From Cyanobacteriota bacterium (GTDB lineage: Bacteria > Cyanobacteriota > Cyanobacteriia > PCC-6307 > Cyanobiaceae), in assembly GCA_035285645.1 (NCBI GenBank), contig JAYKGR010000021.1, positions 1-63,588 on the forward strand: 63,588 nt of DNA, given 5' to 3'. Below the pieces are notes generated by a model, which was given only the letters and a program-made list of their open reading frames with translations, did not search any database and was not told the DNA's origin. Below, piece by piece: positions 18,069 through 27,949 of the stretch; the first letter of the stretch is position 1, and each line of letters begins with the position of its first letter. Both the position numbers and the translations under genes were made by a program.

Positions 18069-20258
18069 TCATCGGGCCCGGGGGATCGTGCTCAGGATCT
18101 CACCCCAGAGGGAGGCGGCGAGCGCACTGCCAGCGCCGGTGGGGCTGTTGTCGTCGTTGCCCAGCCAGATGCCCACCACCAGATGGCGGCTCGGTTCCAT
18201 TCCCACGAACAGGAGATCGCGGCCCCGGTTGGTGGTGCCGGTTTTGCCCCCTTCTCGGCCGCCGAGCCAGGCGGCGGTGCCGGTGCCGCCCCGCACCACC
18301 GCCTGCAGCATGCTTTGCAGAGAGCGGGCGGTGGCACTGGCCATCACCCTGCGGCCGGGGATCACCGCAGCCCGATCGCCGCCACCGCGGCCGCAACGAC
18401 CTTCTTTGGGTGACTGATCCTGAGGGGTGTCGGGGCAGACTTCAGCGTCGGTCACCCGGCGGATGGTGGTGGGGGGGTTCCAGACACCATCGTTGGCCAC
18501 CGCGGCATAAGCGGCTGTGAGCTCCAGCAGGGTGACCTCGCTCTGGCCCAGCACCAAACCCGGTACCGGCTGCAGGGGGCTGGCGATACCCAGATCGCGG
18601 GCTTTTTGAATTACGGCATCGAGACCGATCCGCTCCGCCAGCCGCAGGGCCGCCGTGTTGCTACTCACGGCGAGGGCCTGACTGAGGCTGAGGCTGCCGC
18701 CGCAACCGCTGGCGAACTGCTGGCCCTGCCACTGAAAGGGCCCACAGTTGAGGCGGTCGCCTGGCTGATGCCCCCGCTCCAGGGCCGCCGCGTAGGTCAT
18801 CAGCTTGAAGGTGCTGCCCGGCTGGCGCTGGGCCATGGTGGCGCGGTTGAACTGGCTCTGGCGGTAGTCACGACCGCCGGCGATCGCCACGATGCCGCCG
18901 CTGCGGCTGTCGAGCACCACCACCGCCCCCTGGCCCACAGCCAGGGCAGCGCTGGCCTCGAGGCGTTGGCGCAGCAGCCGTTCCACGGTGGCCTGAATCA
19001 CCGGATCCAGGTGGGTATCGATCAGAAAGTTGCCTTCAGCCGCCACGTCGCCTCCCACCAGGGAGGCCAGATCACGCCGCACCTGATCGCTGTAGTACGG
19101 CACCGTGCGGCCCTGGCTGGCGCGACAGGCGGTGCTTGCCAGGCGAACGGGACGGCGGCGAGCAGCCCTGGCCTCATCGGCAGTAAGGCGACCGGAATCG
19201 ACCATCTTGGCCAGCACCCGGTTGCGTGCCTCGAGGGCCGCCTGGGGGTTGAGACAGGGGTCGTAGCCGTTGGGGGAGGGAAGCAGGCCCACCAGCAGGG
19301 CGGCCTGCTCCAGATCAAGGTCGCGGGCCGAACGGCCGAAGTAACGGCGGGCAGCATCCTCAAACCCCCACCCCACCCCCAGATACACCCGGTTGAGGTA
19401 ACTGAGCAGCAGATCGCGCTTGCTGAAGCGCGCCTCCAGCTGGAGGGCCACCAGCAGTTCCCGCCATTTGCGCTCGAGGGTTTCGCCTTCACCCACCTGC
19501 TCGGGATACAGGCTGCGGGCCAACTGCTGGGTGAGGGTGGAACCGCCCTCCAGCACACGGCCGCCGAGCAGATTGGTGAGCAAGGCGCGGGTGGTGCCGA
19601 TCGGGTCGACCCCCGGATGCCACCAGAAACGGCTGTCTTCGCTGGCGAGCAGAGCCTGGATCAGCACCCGGGGATAGTCGTTGAGGCCGGCCAGTTCGCG
19701 ATGCTGGCGGCCTTCGGCGGTGACCACCGGCCGGCTGCGGGCGTCGTAGAGCACCAGGGGGCCGCGCACGGTGGCGAGGCTGCCGCGGATGGGCACCGTG
19801 AGCAGGCCGAGAGCGAGCAGCAGAAGCCCACCACCAGCCATGCTCAACAGGCTGAGCAACAGGAGCCGTTGCAGGGCTCTGGAGCGCGACGGCGGGCGTC
19901 GCTGCCACACCAGCTCCGGCACACCGGCCTGCTGGGGGGGGGCCAGACGCACGGCATCGCCGTCGTGGAGCAGGAGTTGTTGCACCCGGCGCCCACGCCA
20001 CCAGAGGCCATTGGTGGAGCCGTCATCGCCGAGCACCCAGAGGCGGCCACGGCGTTCGAGCAGCCCATGGCGGCGGCTCACGGCTGGATGGTCAAACTGC
20101 AGAGGTCCGCTGGCATCCCGGCCGATCGCGTAACGACCGGGCGGCAGGTCGATCGAGCGGGTTGATTGGCCGGCCTGGTGTATGAGCAAGCGCCACTGGG
20201 CTGGTTGGCGCAGGTCGTGCCACTGGCGCCGCAGGCGTTGGCCCCAGCGTTCAATCAT
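18069..20258 (-). CDS. Class A penicillin-binding protein with N-terminal FHA domain
   Basis: FHA IGRD..VSRRHG..DDGSTNG; transglycosylase SEDSRFWWHPG and GGSTLTQQLAR; transpeptidase STFK, SSN, KTG. Confidence 0.92.
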   Translation of the reverse strand: MIERWGQRLRRQWHDLRQPAQWRLLIHQAGQSTRSIDLPPGRYAIGRDASGPLQFDHPAVSRRHGLLERRGRLWVLGDDGSTNGLWWRGRRVQQLLLHDGDAVRLAPPQQAGVPELVWQRRPPSRSRALQRLLLLSLLSMAGGGLLLLALGLLTVPIRGSLATVRGPLVLYDARSRPVVTAEGRQHRELAGLNDYPRVLIQALLASEDSRFWWHPGVDPIGTTRALLTNLLGGRVLEGGSTLTQQLARSLYPEQVGEGETLERKWRELLVALQLEARFSKRDLLLSYLNRVYLGVGWGFEDAARRYFGRSARDLDLEQAALLVGLLPSPNGYDPCLNPQAALEARNRVLAKMVDSGRLTADEARAARRRPVRLASTACRASQGRTVPYYSDQVRRDLASLVGGDVAAEGNFLIDTHLDPVIQATVERLLRQRLEASAALAVGQGAVVVLDSRSGGIVAIAGGRDYRQSQFNRATMAQRQPGSTFKLMTYAAALERGHQPGDRLNCGPFQWQGQQFASGCGGSLSLSQALAVSSNTAALRLAERIGLDAVIQKARDLGIASPLQPVPGLVLGQSEVTLLELTAAYAAVANDGVWNPPTTIRRVTDAEVCPDTPQDQSPKEGRCGRGGGDRAAVIPGRRVMASATARSLQSMLQAVVRGGTGTAAWLGGREGGKTGTTNRGRDLLFVGMEPSRHLVVGIWLGNDDNSPTGAGSALAASLWGEILSTIPRAR

Positions 20259-20754
20259 GGGACGAAGCAGCAGGGCGATCCAGCAGCAGATCCCACAGGA
20301 AGGCGACCACCGCCAGGTTGATCGCCACATCGGCAAGGTTGAACACAGGGAATGACACCGGCACCAGGGCCAGGAAATCCACCACCGCCCCCACGCGCCA
20401 GCGATCGAGGCCGTTGCCAGCCGCCCCCCCCAGCAGCAACCCATAGGCCAGGGCCTGGCTGAGGCGTTGCGGAGGCCGGGCGATCAGAGACACGATTAGC
20501 AGAGCGCTCACCGCGGCACTCACCAGCGCCAGCAGGTTGGTGGAGCGGCTCAGCAGGCTGAAGGCGGCCCCGGTGTTGTACACCAGGCGCAAATCCAGCA
20601 AGCCGGGCACCACCACCACCGACCGTCCCTCAACAAGGTGGCCCAGCACCCAATGCTTGCTGTACTGGTCGAGCAGGAGAGAACCCAAGGCCGCGGCCCA
20701 GGCGATGGCGGGCGCGGCGGCGGCACGGCGCCGCCGTGGGGTTGGCCGGCTCAC
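20251..20754 (-). CDS. lspA: Lipoprotein signal peptidase II
   Basis: DQYSK, NTGAAFS, GNGLDR, VVDFL and FNLAD; start estimated at GTG 20754. Confidence 0.93.
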   Translation of the reverse strand: MSRPTPRRRRAAAAPAIAWAAALGSLLLDQYSKHWVLGHLVEGRSVVVVPGLLDLRLVYNTGAAFSLLSRSTNLLALVSAAVSALLIVSLIARPPQRLSQALAYGLLLGGAAGNGLDRWRVGAVVDFLALVPVSFPVFNLADVAINLAVVAFLWDLLLDRPAASSHD

Positions 20755-21320
20755 GATTCCACCAGCAGCAGACGGCGGAGCAACAGGGCCAGAGCCGCCA
20801 CCGCGCAGCAGGCGATCAGCTGGGGGATCAGGGCAGCGCTGTAGCTGAGCAGCAGCGGCAGCCATGGGGTCGACCAGCGACCCAGCGCAGCGCCGAGCAG
20901 CAGGTTCACGAGCCCGCAGGCGTGCATCACAAGCAGACCGAGACCGGCGGCACCGGCGAGGGCCAAAGGATCATTCATGCCTCCCTGGCGGGCCAGGCGG
21001 CCACTCAGCCAGGCCGCCGGCACAAAACCCGCCAGGTAGCCAAATCCGGGATCAAACAGATAAGCGACACCGCCGCCATCGTGAAAGATCGGCATCTGAA
21101 ACAAACCCACGCTCAGATAAGCCACCGTGGCCAGCAGGGCGCTGCGGGGGCCGCAGACGAGGGCGGTGAGAAGCATGGCCGGCACCTGCAGGGTGATGCC
21201 GAGCGGGCGAAGCAGCACGCTGCCGCCATCCGGGATCGGCAGATAGGCAGGCACCAGCCCGCCAACGAGGATGAGGAGCAGACCGGCAACAGCGCCGCTC
21301 CAAGTGGCAAGGGCCCGCAC
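20751..21320 (-). CDS. bioY: Biotin transporter BioY
   Basis: ITLQV, YLSVGLFQMPIF..GGG and PGFGYLAGF. Confidence 0.88.
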   Translation of the reverse strand: MRALATWSGAVAGLLLILVGGLVPAYLPIPDGGSVLLRPLGITLQVPAMLLTALVCGPRSALLATVAYLSVGLFQMPIFHDGGGVAYLFDPGFGYLAGFVPAAWLSGRLARQGGMNDPLALAGAAGLGLLVMHACGLVNLLLGAALGRWSTPWLPLLLSYSAALIPQLIACCAVAALALLLRRLLLVES

Positions 21321-21390
21321 GGCACAGCAAAGACTGGGGCCATCCTGCTGCAGCTAGCTTCCGATGAGAAGGGAGGGAGATCCGTCTGCG

Positions 21391-21702
21391 ATGACCACAA
21401 CCCCAGAGCAGGAGTCCACCGACCACACCACGGCCATTGGCAACCAGCCGTTCCGCGTCGGCGATGGCGTGCAACTGCGCGGTCAGCGCCGTTACCTGAA
21501 GAGCGCCGATCCGATGCCGATGCTCCGCCCCCCCGATCTGGTGCAACCGGAAGAGGAGGGGCGCGTTGTGGAGCTGCGGGCCGGCGATCAGCTGGCGGTT
21601 CGCTTCCGGCGTGGCACGTTTCTGCTGATGGCTTCCGAGCTCAGCCCTGCGACCAGTGGGCCGCCGCCTGACTCAGGGCTTCAGCCGGGCCCACCAGGCT
21701 GA
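21391..21702 (+). CDS. sipA: SipA (DUF3148), NblS/Hik33-interacting protein
   Basis: YLKSADPMPMLRPPDLV...AVRFRRGTFL signature. Confidence 0.85.
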   Translation: MTTTPEQESTDHTTAIGNQPFRVGDGVQLRGQRRYLKSADPMPMLRPPDLVQPEEEGRVVELRAGDQLAVRFRRGTFLLMASELSPATSGPPPDSGLQPGPPG

Positions 21703-22900
21703 GGCTCGGCCGGCGGAGCCATCGCCCTGCAACGGCCCTCAGGTGCTCAGCATCCAGGTCGGCGGCCCGCTCCAGACAGCGGTCGAGATGATCAGGCGGG
21801 AGACCATGACTGAGCAGCAGCGCCTGCCGTTCCGCGATCTGACCGCAGGTCTGACGACCGAGTGCATCCTGGCCGCGCAGCTTGGCCAGGGCCAGCTCCC
21901 GTTCGGCAGCGGTGAGGGGCACCTCCGCCAACCGTCGCCATTCGGCCAGCAGGCAGGCAGCGGCTTCGCCCGCCCTGTCGGCGGAGGTAGAGAGATGCAC
22001 CACGAACGGGGCTGCGCCGCATCGGGCCGGCAGGTGCACACCAACGTCGTAAGCCAGCCCACGCTGCTCCCGCATCTCCTGAAAAAGCCGGCACGACATG
22101 CCCTGACCCAGATGCGCCTGCAGAAGCCGCAGAGCCAGAGCGTCGTCATGACCGAGGGGCACGGTGGCCGCTCCGAGCATCAGCACCACCTGTTCGGTGT
22201 CCTGTTCCAGGGCGGTGAGATCGCTGCCGCACGGCGCCGGATCCCCTCCCGCGCACGCTGTGGGAGGGCGGGTGGTCCAACCGTGGGCGTGGAGCTCGCC
22301 CTCCAGCCAGTCGCTGGCTGCAGCCGGACTGTCACCGCAGAGCACCAGCACGGCCCCACGCTGGCCAAGGCTGTCGAGCAATGGCAGGAGATCGGGCCGG
22401 CCCAGGGTTGCCAGTTCATCCACCACCCCCAGGGGATCGTGGCCGTAGGGCCCGCTGCCGTAGAGCAGCTGGCGCAGAGCGTCGTAGGCCAACTGAAAGG
22501 GATCTTCCCGTTGACGCTGCAGGGTCTGCAGGTTGAGCTGCCGCTCCAACGCCACCTGATCCTCCTGCAGCCGCGGGGCACGCACCATGCGGATGAGCAG
22601 GGGCAGCAGGGTGGGGGCATCGTCACGGGCGCATTTCAAGGAGAGGGTGAGGCTGTCTTCGCCAGCATCAACGCGCAGAGCAGCACCAGCTCCTTCCACC
22701 AGGTCGGCGAGCTTCTCCGGGCCAAGATCACCGCAGCCGCGTGTCATCACTCCCGCCAGGAGCTGGGCGGCACCGCGGCCACCGGGCTTGTCGGTACCGC
22801 TGCCGCCTGGAATCACGAGTCGCGCCGCCAGGATCGCCGGGCCTTCACGCGCGATCGTGTGGAGGGGCAAGCCACCGCTGAGGCTGACCATCGTGCTCAT
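21641..22900 (-). CDS. M16 family peptidase, probable non-catalytic subunit
   Basis: RLFQEMREQRGLAYDV; lacks HxxEH; paired with the upstream M16 gene. Confidence 0.88.
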   Translation of the reverse strand: MSTMVSLSGGLPLHTIAREGPAILAARLVIPGGSGTDKPGGRGAAQLLAGVMTRGCGDLGPEKLADLVEGAGAALRVDAGEDSLTLSLKCARDDAPTLLPLLIRMVRAPRLQEDQVALERQLNLQTLQRQREDPFQLAYDALRQLLYGSGPYGHDPLGVVDELATLGRPDLLPLLDSLGQRGAVLVLCGDSPAAASDWLEGELHAHGWTTRPPTACAGGDPAPCGSDLTALEQDTEQVVLMLGAATVPLGHDDALALRLLQAHLGQGMSCRLFQEMREQRGLAYDVGVHLPARCGAAPFVVHLSTSADRAGEAAACLLAEWRRLAEVPLTAAERELALAKLRGQDALGRQTCGQIAERQALLLSHGLPPDHLDRCLERAADLDAEHLRAVAGRWLRRPSLSLVGPAEALSQAAAHWSQG

Positions 22901-24171
22901 GCCGGCACCGCCTCGAGCACACAGGCCCGGGCTGGATCGAGCCGGGGCAGGATCTCGGCCTGCAATCGGCCGGGGCTCCAGGCTTGCAGCTGTCGGAGGG
23001 GCTGCTCCAACGGATGCCGCCGGCCCCACAGCAGGTTGCTGCCCAGCAGGCCCGCCACCCCTCCGGCGGCCTCCAGGCCGAAGCGATAGGCATTGCTCAC
23101 CAACCGACCCGCACGCTGCCATTCCTCCTCATCGGGGAGGTGATCGAGCAGCCGTTGCCATTCCTCTGCGATGGCGGCGCGCACGGCCGGCAGATCGTGC
23201 TCATCGCACACCGCCTCGAGCAGCACCAGGCTGCCGCCCTCCAGAACGTGGAGATCGAGATCGATGCTCTCCACGATCTGGAGCTGTTCGCGCAGGCGAT
23301 CCACCAGGCGGCTGCGGCGGCCTTCAGCCAGCAGGGTGGTGGCCAGATCAGCCCCCATCACCCCATCGAGATCAGCCGCCGGCGCCAGGGTCCATGCCAT
23401 CAAGAGACGGGCCGCCTCCAGCCGCGGCAGGGCCATCCGTTTCTGAGCGGCCTGCATGGTCAGCACCGGTGGCAGCGGTTGGCTGGCCTGAGGGGGCAAG
23501 GCCGACAAGGCGCCGCCGCAGACACGGGCCAGGAGATCGGTGTCCTGCAGGGCACCACTGAGAGCCAGCACACAACCGCCACCGCCATAGAGACGGTTGT
23601 GAAAAGCGGCCATGGAGTCGGGGGTATGGGCCAGCAGCTCCTGGCGACGCCCCAGGATCGGCAGCCCGTAGGGATGCTGCGGCGCCGCCAGGCTCAGAAG
23701 CTCCTGCAGGGCCACCTCCTCGGGCTGGTCTTCACTCTGGGCCAGCTCCTCCAGCACCACCTGACGCTCCATGGCAAAGGCTTCGGCGTCCAGCCGGGGC
23801 TGCAGCACCAGATCCAGCAACAGATCGAGGGCCTCAGCGGCGGCAGTGGGCGGAATCAGCACATGAAAATGCACATCATCAAAGCCGGTGGCGGCGTTGC
23901 TGCTGCCGCCGAGGGCCTCGATGCGGCGGTCAAACTCTCCAGCGGCCAACCGTCGACTGCCTTTGAACACCATGTGTTCGAGGAAGTGGGCGATGCCGCT
24001 CTCCTCGGGCCGTTCAAAGACACTGCCGGCCCTGCACCAGAAATCGAGACACACAAGCGGAGCCTGGGCCAGGGGCAGGCTCACCACGCCATTACCGTTG
24101 GCCAGAAGCTCAACATCCGGTGGGGCCAGACCGGGCAACAGGGGGGGCGAAGCCGCCGGCGAAACGATCAC
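22897..24171 (-). CDS. M16 family zinc peptidase, catalytic subunit
   Basis: GIAHFLEHMVFKG and NAATGFD. Confidence 0.93.
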   Translation of the reverse strand: MIVSPAASPPLLPGLAPPDVELLANGNGVVSLPLAQAPLVCLDFWCRAGSVFERPEESGIAHFLEHMVFKGSRRLAAGEFDRRIEALGGSSNAATGFDDVHFHVLIPPTAAAEALDLLLDLVLQPRLDAEAFAMERQVVLEELAQSEDQPEEVALQELLSLAAPQHPYGLPILGRRQELLAHTPDSMAAFHNRLYGGGGCVLALSGALQDTDLLARVCGGALSALPPQASQPLPPVLTMQAAQKRMALPRLEAARLLMAWTLAPAADLDGVMGADLATTLLAEGRRSRLVDRLREQLQIVESIDLDLHVLEGGSLVLLEAVCDEHDLPAVRAAIAEEWQRLLDHLPDEEEWQRAGRLVSNAYRFGLEAAGGVAGLLGSNLLWGRRHPLEQPLRQLQAWSPGRLQAEILPRLDPARACVLEAVPA

Positions 24172-24217
24172 GCGGGAGGATGCATGACAGGATCTGCATT
24201 CTGCTGGCTACCCACCC

Positions 24218-24961
24218 ATGAGTGCCTCCGCAGGCATTGCCGCCCACGGGATTCATCCGCTCGTTGATGCCCTGGCAAACCGGATCCGCCGCCTGCGCGC
24301 CGATCTGCCAGGGCTCGAGCCGCTGACGATCGATGCCGATCTGGAGGCGATCAGCGGCAGCCTCGACGGGGAGGATCTCTTTATTCACAACGAGGTGCAT
24401 CGCTGCCGGGGCCTGCGCAAACTGCATCTGGAAACGGCACGCCTGGGGGCCGGGCTCCAGATTCTGCACTGCGTGTTCTTTCCCGATCCCCGCTACGACC
24501 TGCCGGTCTTCGGAGCCGACATCGTGGCCGGGCGCGGTGTGGTGTCGGCGGCGATCGCCGACCTCTCCCCCCTGGACGCCACGCTCCCAGCCAGCGTGGC
24601 TGACCCCTTGGCGGCCAGGATGCGGCGCCCCTTTTCCCAGCCGCGGGAGCTGCCGCCCTGGGGCTCCATCTTTTCGCCCTATGTGCTGTTTGTGCGACCG
24701 ATGGGAGCGGCGGAGGAGGAGGCCTTCGTGGCTGAAGTGGCCGACATGTTGGCGATCTTTGCCCAGGCGATCCACAGCAGCGAGGCCCAGGAGCCCGATG
24801 CTGGGCTTACTGTGGCGCGATGGCAGGCTCAGATCCACTATTGCAAGCAACAGAAACAAAACGACAAAACCCGCCGGGTTCTCGAGAGGGCCTTCAACCC
24901 CCAGTGGGCGGACCGCTACATCGACAAGCTTCTGTTCGACGATCCCCCGCCCCCCTGCTGA
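24218..24961 (+). CDS. pcyA: Phycocyanobilin:ferredoxin oxidoreductase
   Basis: RKLHLE, LHCVFFPDPRYDLPVFGADIV and QKQNDKTRRVL. Confidence 0.96.
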   Translation: MSASAGIAAHGIHPLVDALANRIRRLRADLPGLEPLTIDADLEAISGSLDGEDLFIHNEVHRCRGLRKLHLETARLGAGLQILHCVFFPDPRYDLPVFGADIVAGRGVVSAAIADLSPLDATLPASVADPLAARMRRPFSQPRELPPWGSIFSPYVLFVRPMGAAEEEAFVAEVADMLAIFAQAIHSSEAQEPDAGLTVARWQAQIHYCKQQKQNDKTRRVLERAFNPQWADRYIDKLLFDDPPPPC

Positions 24962-25854
24962 TCGCCCTGGTGGCAGCCGTGGCCGGATCGGCCGTCACCC
25001 TGGCGCTGCCTGCCCTGCTGCGGATCGGCCAGCAACCGGCGGCAACTCCGGCCAAGGCGCCTGCCACCACCATTCGGCCGCTGGAAGCGGTGGCGGCCCT
25101 CGGGCGGCTTGAACCCGCCGGCGATACCCGCCAGCTGGCGGCTCCCATCACCGGCATCGGCGGCAGCCCGCGGATCACGGCCCTCCTGGTTGCTGAAGGG
25201 GATCGGGTCACAGCCGGTCAGTTGCTGGCCAGCTTCGACAACGGGCCGATCGTGCAGGCTGCCCGCGTGCAGGTGCAGGCGCGGATCACCAACCTCATGA
25301 GCCGGCTGGAGATCATGGCCCGCGATCTGCAACGCAACCGCTCCCTGGCCGGCCAGGGAGCGATTGCCCGCGCCACGCTCGACCAGATGGAGGGCCGTTA
25401 CCTGGAGCTACAGGGTCAACTCAACGAAGCCCGCACCGAACTGCTCAAACTCGACGCCGACCGCGTGAACACCGAGCTTCGAGCTCCCTTCAGTGGCACC
25501 GTGCTGCGCATCCAGGCGCGCGTGGGCGAACGTCCCGGCGACAACGGCATCATCGAACTGGGGGCCAGCGATCAAATGGAAGGGCTGGTGGAAGTGTATG
25601 AATCGGATATCGAACGGGTGCGCCTGGGACAGGCGGTCACTCTCACCAGCGAAAACGGTGGCTTTCGCGGTCAGCTGCGGGGTCGGGTGAGCCGGATCAG
25701 TCCTCGGGTGAGCCAGCGCGAGGTGCTCGCCACCGACCCCACCGGTGACGCGGACGCCCGCGTGGTGGAAGTGCGGGTTCGGCTCGATCGCAGCGACGCA
25801 ACCCGGGTGCGCGAGCGCTCTGGCCTCAAGGTGATCGCCCGCCTGGAACCATGA
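24904..25854 (+). CDS. devB: DevB-like membrane fusion protein (HlyD family)
   Basis: VAALGRLEP, LLVAEGDRV, APFSG and EVYESDI; start uncertain (GTG 24904 overlaps the pcyA end). Confidence 0.85.
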   Translation: MGGPLHRQASVRRSPAPLLIALVAAVAGSAVTLALPALLRIGQQPAATPAKAPATTIRPLEAVAALGRLEPAGDTRQLAAPITGIGGSPRITALLVAEGDRVTAGQLLASFDNGPIVQAARVQVQARITNLMSRLEIMARDLQRNRSLAGQGAIARATLDQMEGRYLELQGQLNEARTELLKLDADRVNTELRAPFSGTVLRIQARVGERPGDNGIIELGASDQMEGLVEVYESDIERVRLGQAVTLTSENGGFRGQLRGRVSRISPRVSQREVLATDPTGDADARVVEVRVRLDRSDATRVRERSGLKVIARLEP

Positions 25855-27023
25855 GCCCTGCGCTGTGGCAGGGGCGCCGCATCCCCCTGGCGTGGTTGAT
25901 GCTGACCCGACAGCCGGCGCGACTGGCGGTGGCCCTTGCCGGGATTGCCTTCGCCGGCATTCTGATGTTCATGCAGCTCGGCTTCCGCGACGGGCTGTTC
26001 GATGCCAGCGTCACGATCCACAAGCTGTTTGACGCCGATCTGGTGTTGATCAGCCCCCGCACGATGAGCTCGATCAGCATGGCGGGCTTCCCCAGGCGAC
26101 GCTTGGTGCAGGCCCTGGCCGATCCGGCGGTGCGAGGGGTGACGCCGGTGCATTGGAACATGCTGCTCTGGCGCAATCCCGAAACCCGCAGCACCCGCTC
26201 AATTCTGGCGATGGGCTTCGAACCGGGCGATCCCCTGCTCACCGACCCCGCCCTGGCGAAGCAGGCCCAGGCGCTCACCCAACAGGGTCGCGTGCTGTTC
26301 GATGAACGCTCCCGGCCCGAATTCGGCCCAGTGGCCAGCTGGTTCCGGCAGGGGCGCAGCGTCGAAACCGAAGTGGCTGGCAAACGGGTGCGGGTGGCGG
26401 GACTCGTGGCCCTGGGGCCCTCGTTTGGGGCCGACGGCAACATTCTCATGAGCCGGGAAACCTTCCTGCGCCTGCTGCCCAACACGCCACCGGGAAGCAT
26501 CGAACTGGGCCTGATCCGCCTGCAGCCCGGTGCCGATCCGGCAGCGGTGCTGCAGAGGCTGCAACGCAGTCTTCCCGCTGATGTGCGGGTGCTCAGCAAA
26601 GAGGGGTTTGAAAACTTCGAAAAGGACTATTGGCGCAGCAGCACCGCCATCGGCTTCATCTTCACCCTCGGCGCAGGTATGGGATTTGTGGTGGGGTGCG
26701 TGATCGTGTATCAGATTCTCTATTCCGATGTCAGTGATCATCTTCCCGAATACGCCACGTTGATGGCCATGGGTTATCCATTGCCGACGCTGCTGGGTGT
26801 GGTGGTGCGCGAAGGGCTGCTGCTGGCGATGCTGGGCTATCTGCCTGCCTGGGTGGCCGGACTGGGGCTCTACGAGCTGGTGCGTCGGGGCACGCAGCTG
26901 CCGGTGGCGATGGCCACCGAACGATCCCTGATCGTGTTCACGATGATTCTGCTGATGTGTCTGGGTTCGGCGGCGCTGGCGATGCGCAAGCTGGCCGACG
27001 CCGATCCGGCGGAGATCTTCTGA
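25851..27023 (+). CDS. devC: DevC-like ABC exporter permease
   Basis: IPLAWL..FMQLGF, YQILYSDV..HLPEYATL and ADPAEIF. Confidence 0.93.
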   Translation: MSPALWQGRRIPLAWLMLTRQPARLAVALAGIAFAGILMFMQLGFRDGLFDASVTIHKLFDADLVLISPRTMSSISMAGFPRRRLVQALADPAVRGVTPVHWNMLLWRNPETRSTRSILAMGFEPGDPLLTDPALAKQAQALTQQGRVLFDERSRPEFGPVASWFRQGRSVETEVAGKRVRVAGLVALGPSFGADGNILMSRETFLRLLPNTPPGSIELGLIRLQPGADPAAVLQRLQRSLPADVRVLSKEGFENFEKDYWRSSTAIGFIFTLGAGMGFVVGCVIVYQILYSDVSDHLPEYATLMAMGYPLPTLLGVVVREGLLLAMLGYLPAWVAGLGLYELVRRGTQLPVAMATERSLIVFTMILLMCLGSAALAMRKLADADPAEIF

Positions 27024-27730
27024 TGGCCTCCAACTCAGCCGTGGAGTTGACGGCCCTGAGCCATTGGTACGGCAAGGGCGGCATGCGCCGCCAGGTGCTG
27101 CAGGAGGTGGAGCTGCAGATCGCCGCCGGCGAGGTTGTTCTGCTCACCGGTCCCTCGGGGTGTGGCAAAACCACCCTGCTCACCCTGGTGGGAGCCCTGC
27201 GGCAGGTGCAGAAGGGACATGTCCGGGTGCTGGGCACCGAGCTGACCCGTGCCAGTCGGGCCGAACGCCAACGGCTGCGGCGCCGCATCGGCATGATTTT
27301 TCAGGGTCACAATCTGCTGAGCTGCCTCACCGCCGAGCAAAACGTGCAGATGGGTGCCGACCTCCTGCCCGGCCTCGACTATCGGGTCCGCCGCGACCTC
27401 GCCCGGGAGTGGCTGCGGCTGGTGGGGCTTGGCGATCACCTCAACAAGCTGCCCCACGACCTCTCCGGAGGTCAAAAGCAACGGGTGGCGATCGCTCGAG
27501 CCCTGGCGGCGCGTCCACAGCTGCTGCTGGCCGACGAACCGACCGCCGCCCTCGACAGCCGCAGTGGACGCGAGGTGGTGGATCTGCTCAGGGTGCTGGC
27601 CCGGGAGCAGGACTGTGCGGTGCTGATGGTGACGCACGACCCACGCATCCTCGACGTGGCGGACCGGTTGGTGCGCATGGAGGACGGCCGCCTCTTCCGG
27701 GGGGAGGCCGTCAGCCATTCGGTAGGGTGA
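27023..27730 (+). CDS. devA: DevA-like ABC exporter ATPase
   Basis: GPSGCGKT, LSGGQKQR and LADEPT; start MASNSAV overlaps the devC stop. Confidence 0.93.
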   Translation: MASNSAVELTALSHWYGKGGMRRQVLQEVELQIAAGEVVLLTGPSGCGKTTLLTLVGALRQVQKGHVRVLGTELTRASRAERQRLRRRIGMIFQGHNLLSCLTAEQNVQMGADLLPGLDYRVRRDLAREWLRLVGLGDHLNKLPHDLSGGQKQRVAIARALAARPQLLLADEPTAALDSRSGREVVDLLRVLAREQDCAVLMVTHDPRILDVADRLVRMEDGRLFRGEAVSHSVG

Positions 27731-27760
27731 GAGCTCACCGATCATTCAACGCCCGCCCGC

Positions 27761-27916
27761 ATGGCCAAGCGCAGAAACCTCAAGAAGGAAAAGCAGGAGC
27801 GCAACCGCGCCTACGCCCGCAAATTCAAAAAGCGCAAGCTCCGCAACGACGGCCGTGGTGAAGGCGCTGGCAATGGCGTCACCGGTACGGCCAACAATGG
27901 CGGTGCCGCCGACTGA
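27761..27916 (+). CDS. 51-aa highly basic small protein (absent from the ORF track)
   Basis: Manual translation MAKRRNLKKEKQERNRAYARKFKKRKLRNDGRGEGAGNGVTGTANNGGAAD; strongly biased codons; fills the devA-GT2 gap. Confidence 0.8.
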   Translation: MAKRRNLKKEKQERNRAYARKFKKRKLRNDGRGEGAGNGVTGTANNGGAAD

Positions 27917-27949
27917 TCCGCCTGTCGGCCTCCGTCTGTCACTTCGGCC

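Noticed and set aside
18606-20165. Long antisense or alternate-frame ORFs (e.g. 18606-20165, 21656-23089, 36755-38203, 48936-50384, 59299-60741, 62804-63550)
   Set aside because: Shadow ORFs opposite well-supported genes, caused by high GC3; no recognisable motifs.
21641-22900. M16 peptidase lacking HxxEH as a possible pseudogene
   Set aside because: The ORF is intact, and non-catalytic partners of paired M16 genes are common.
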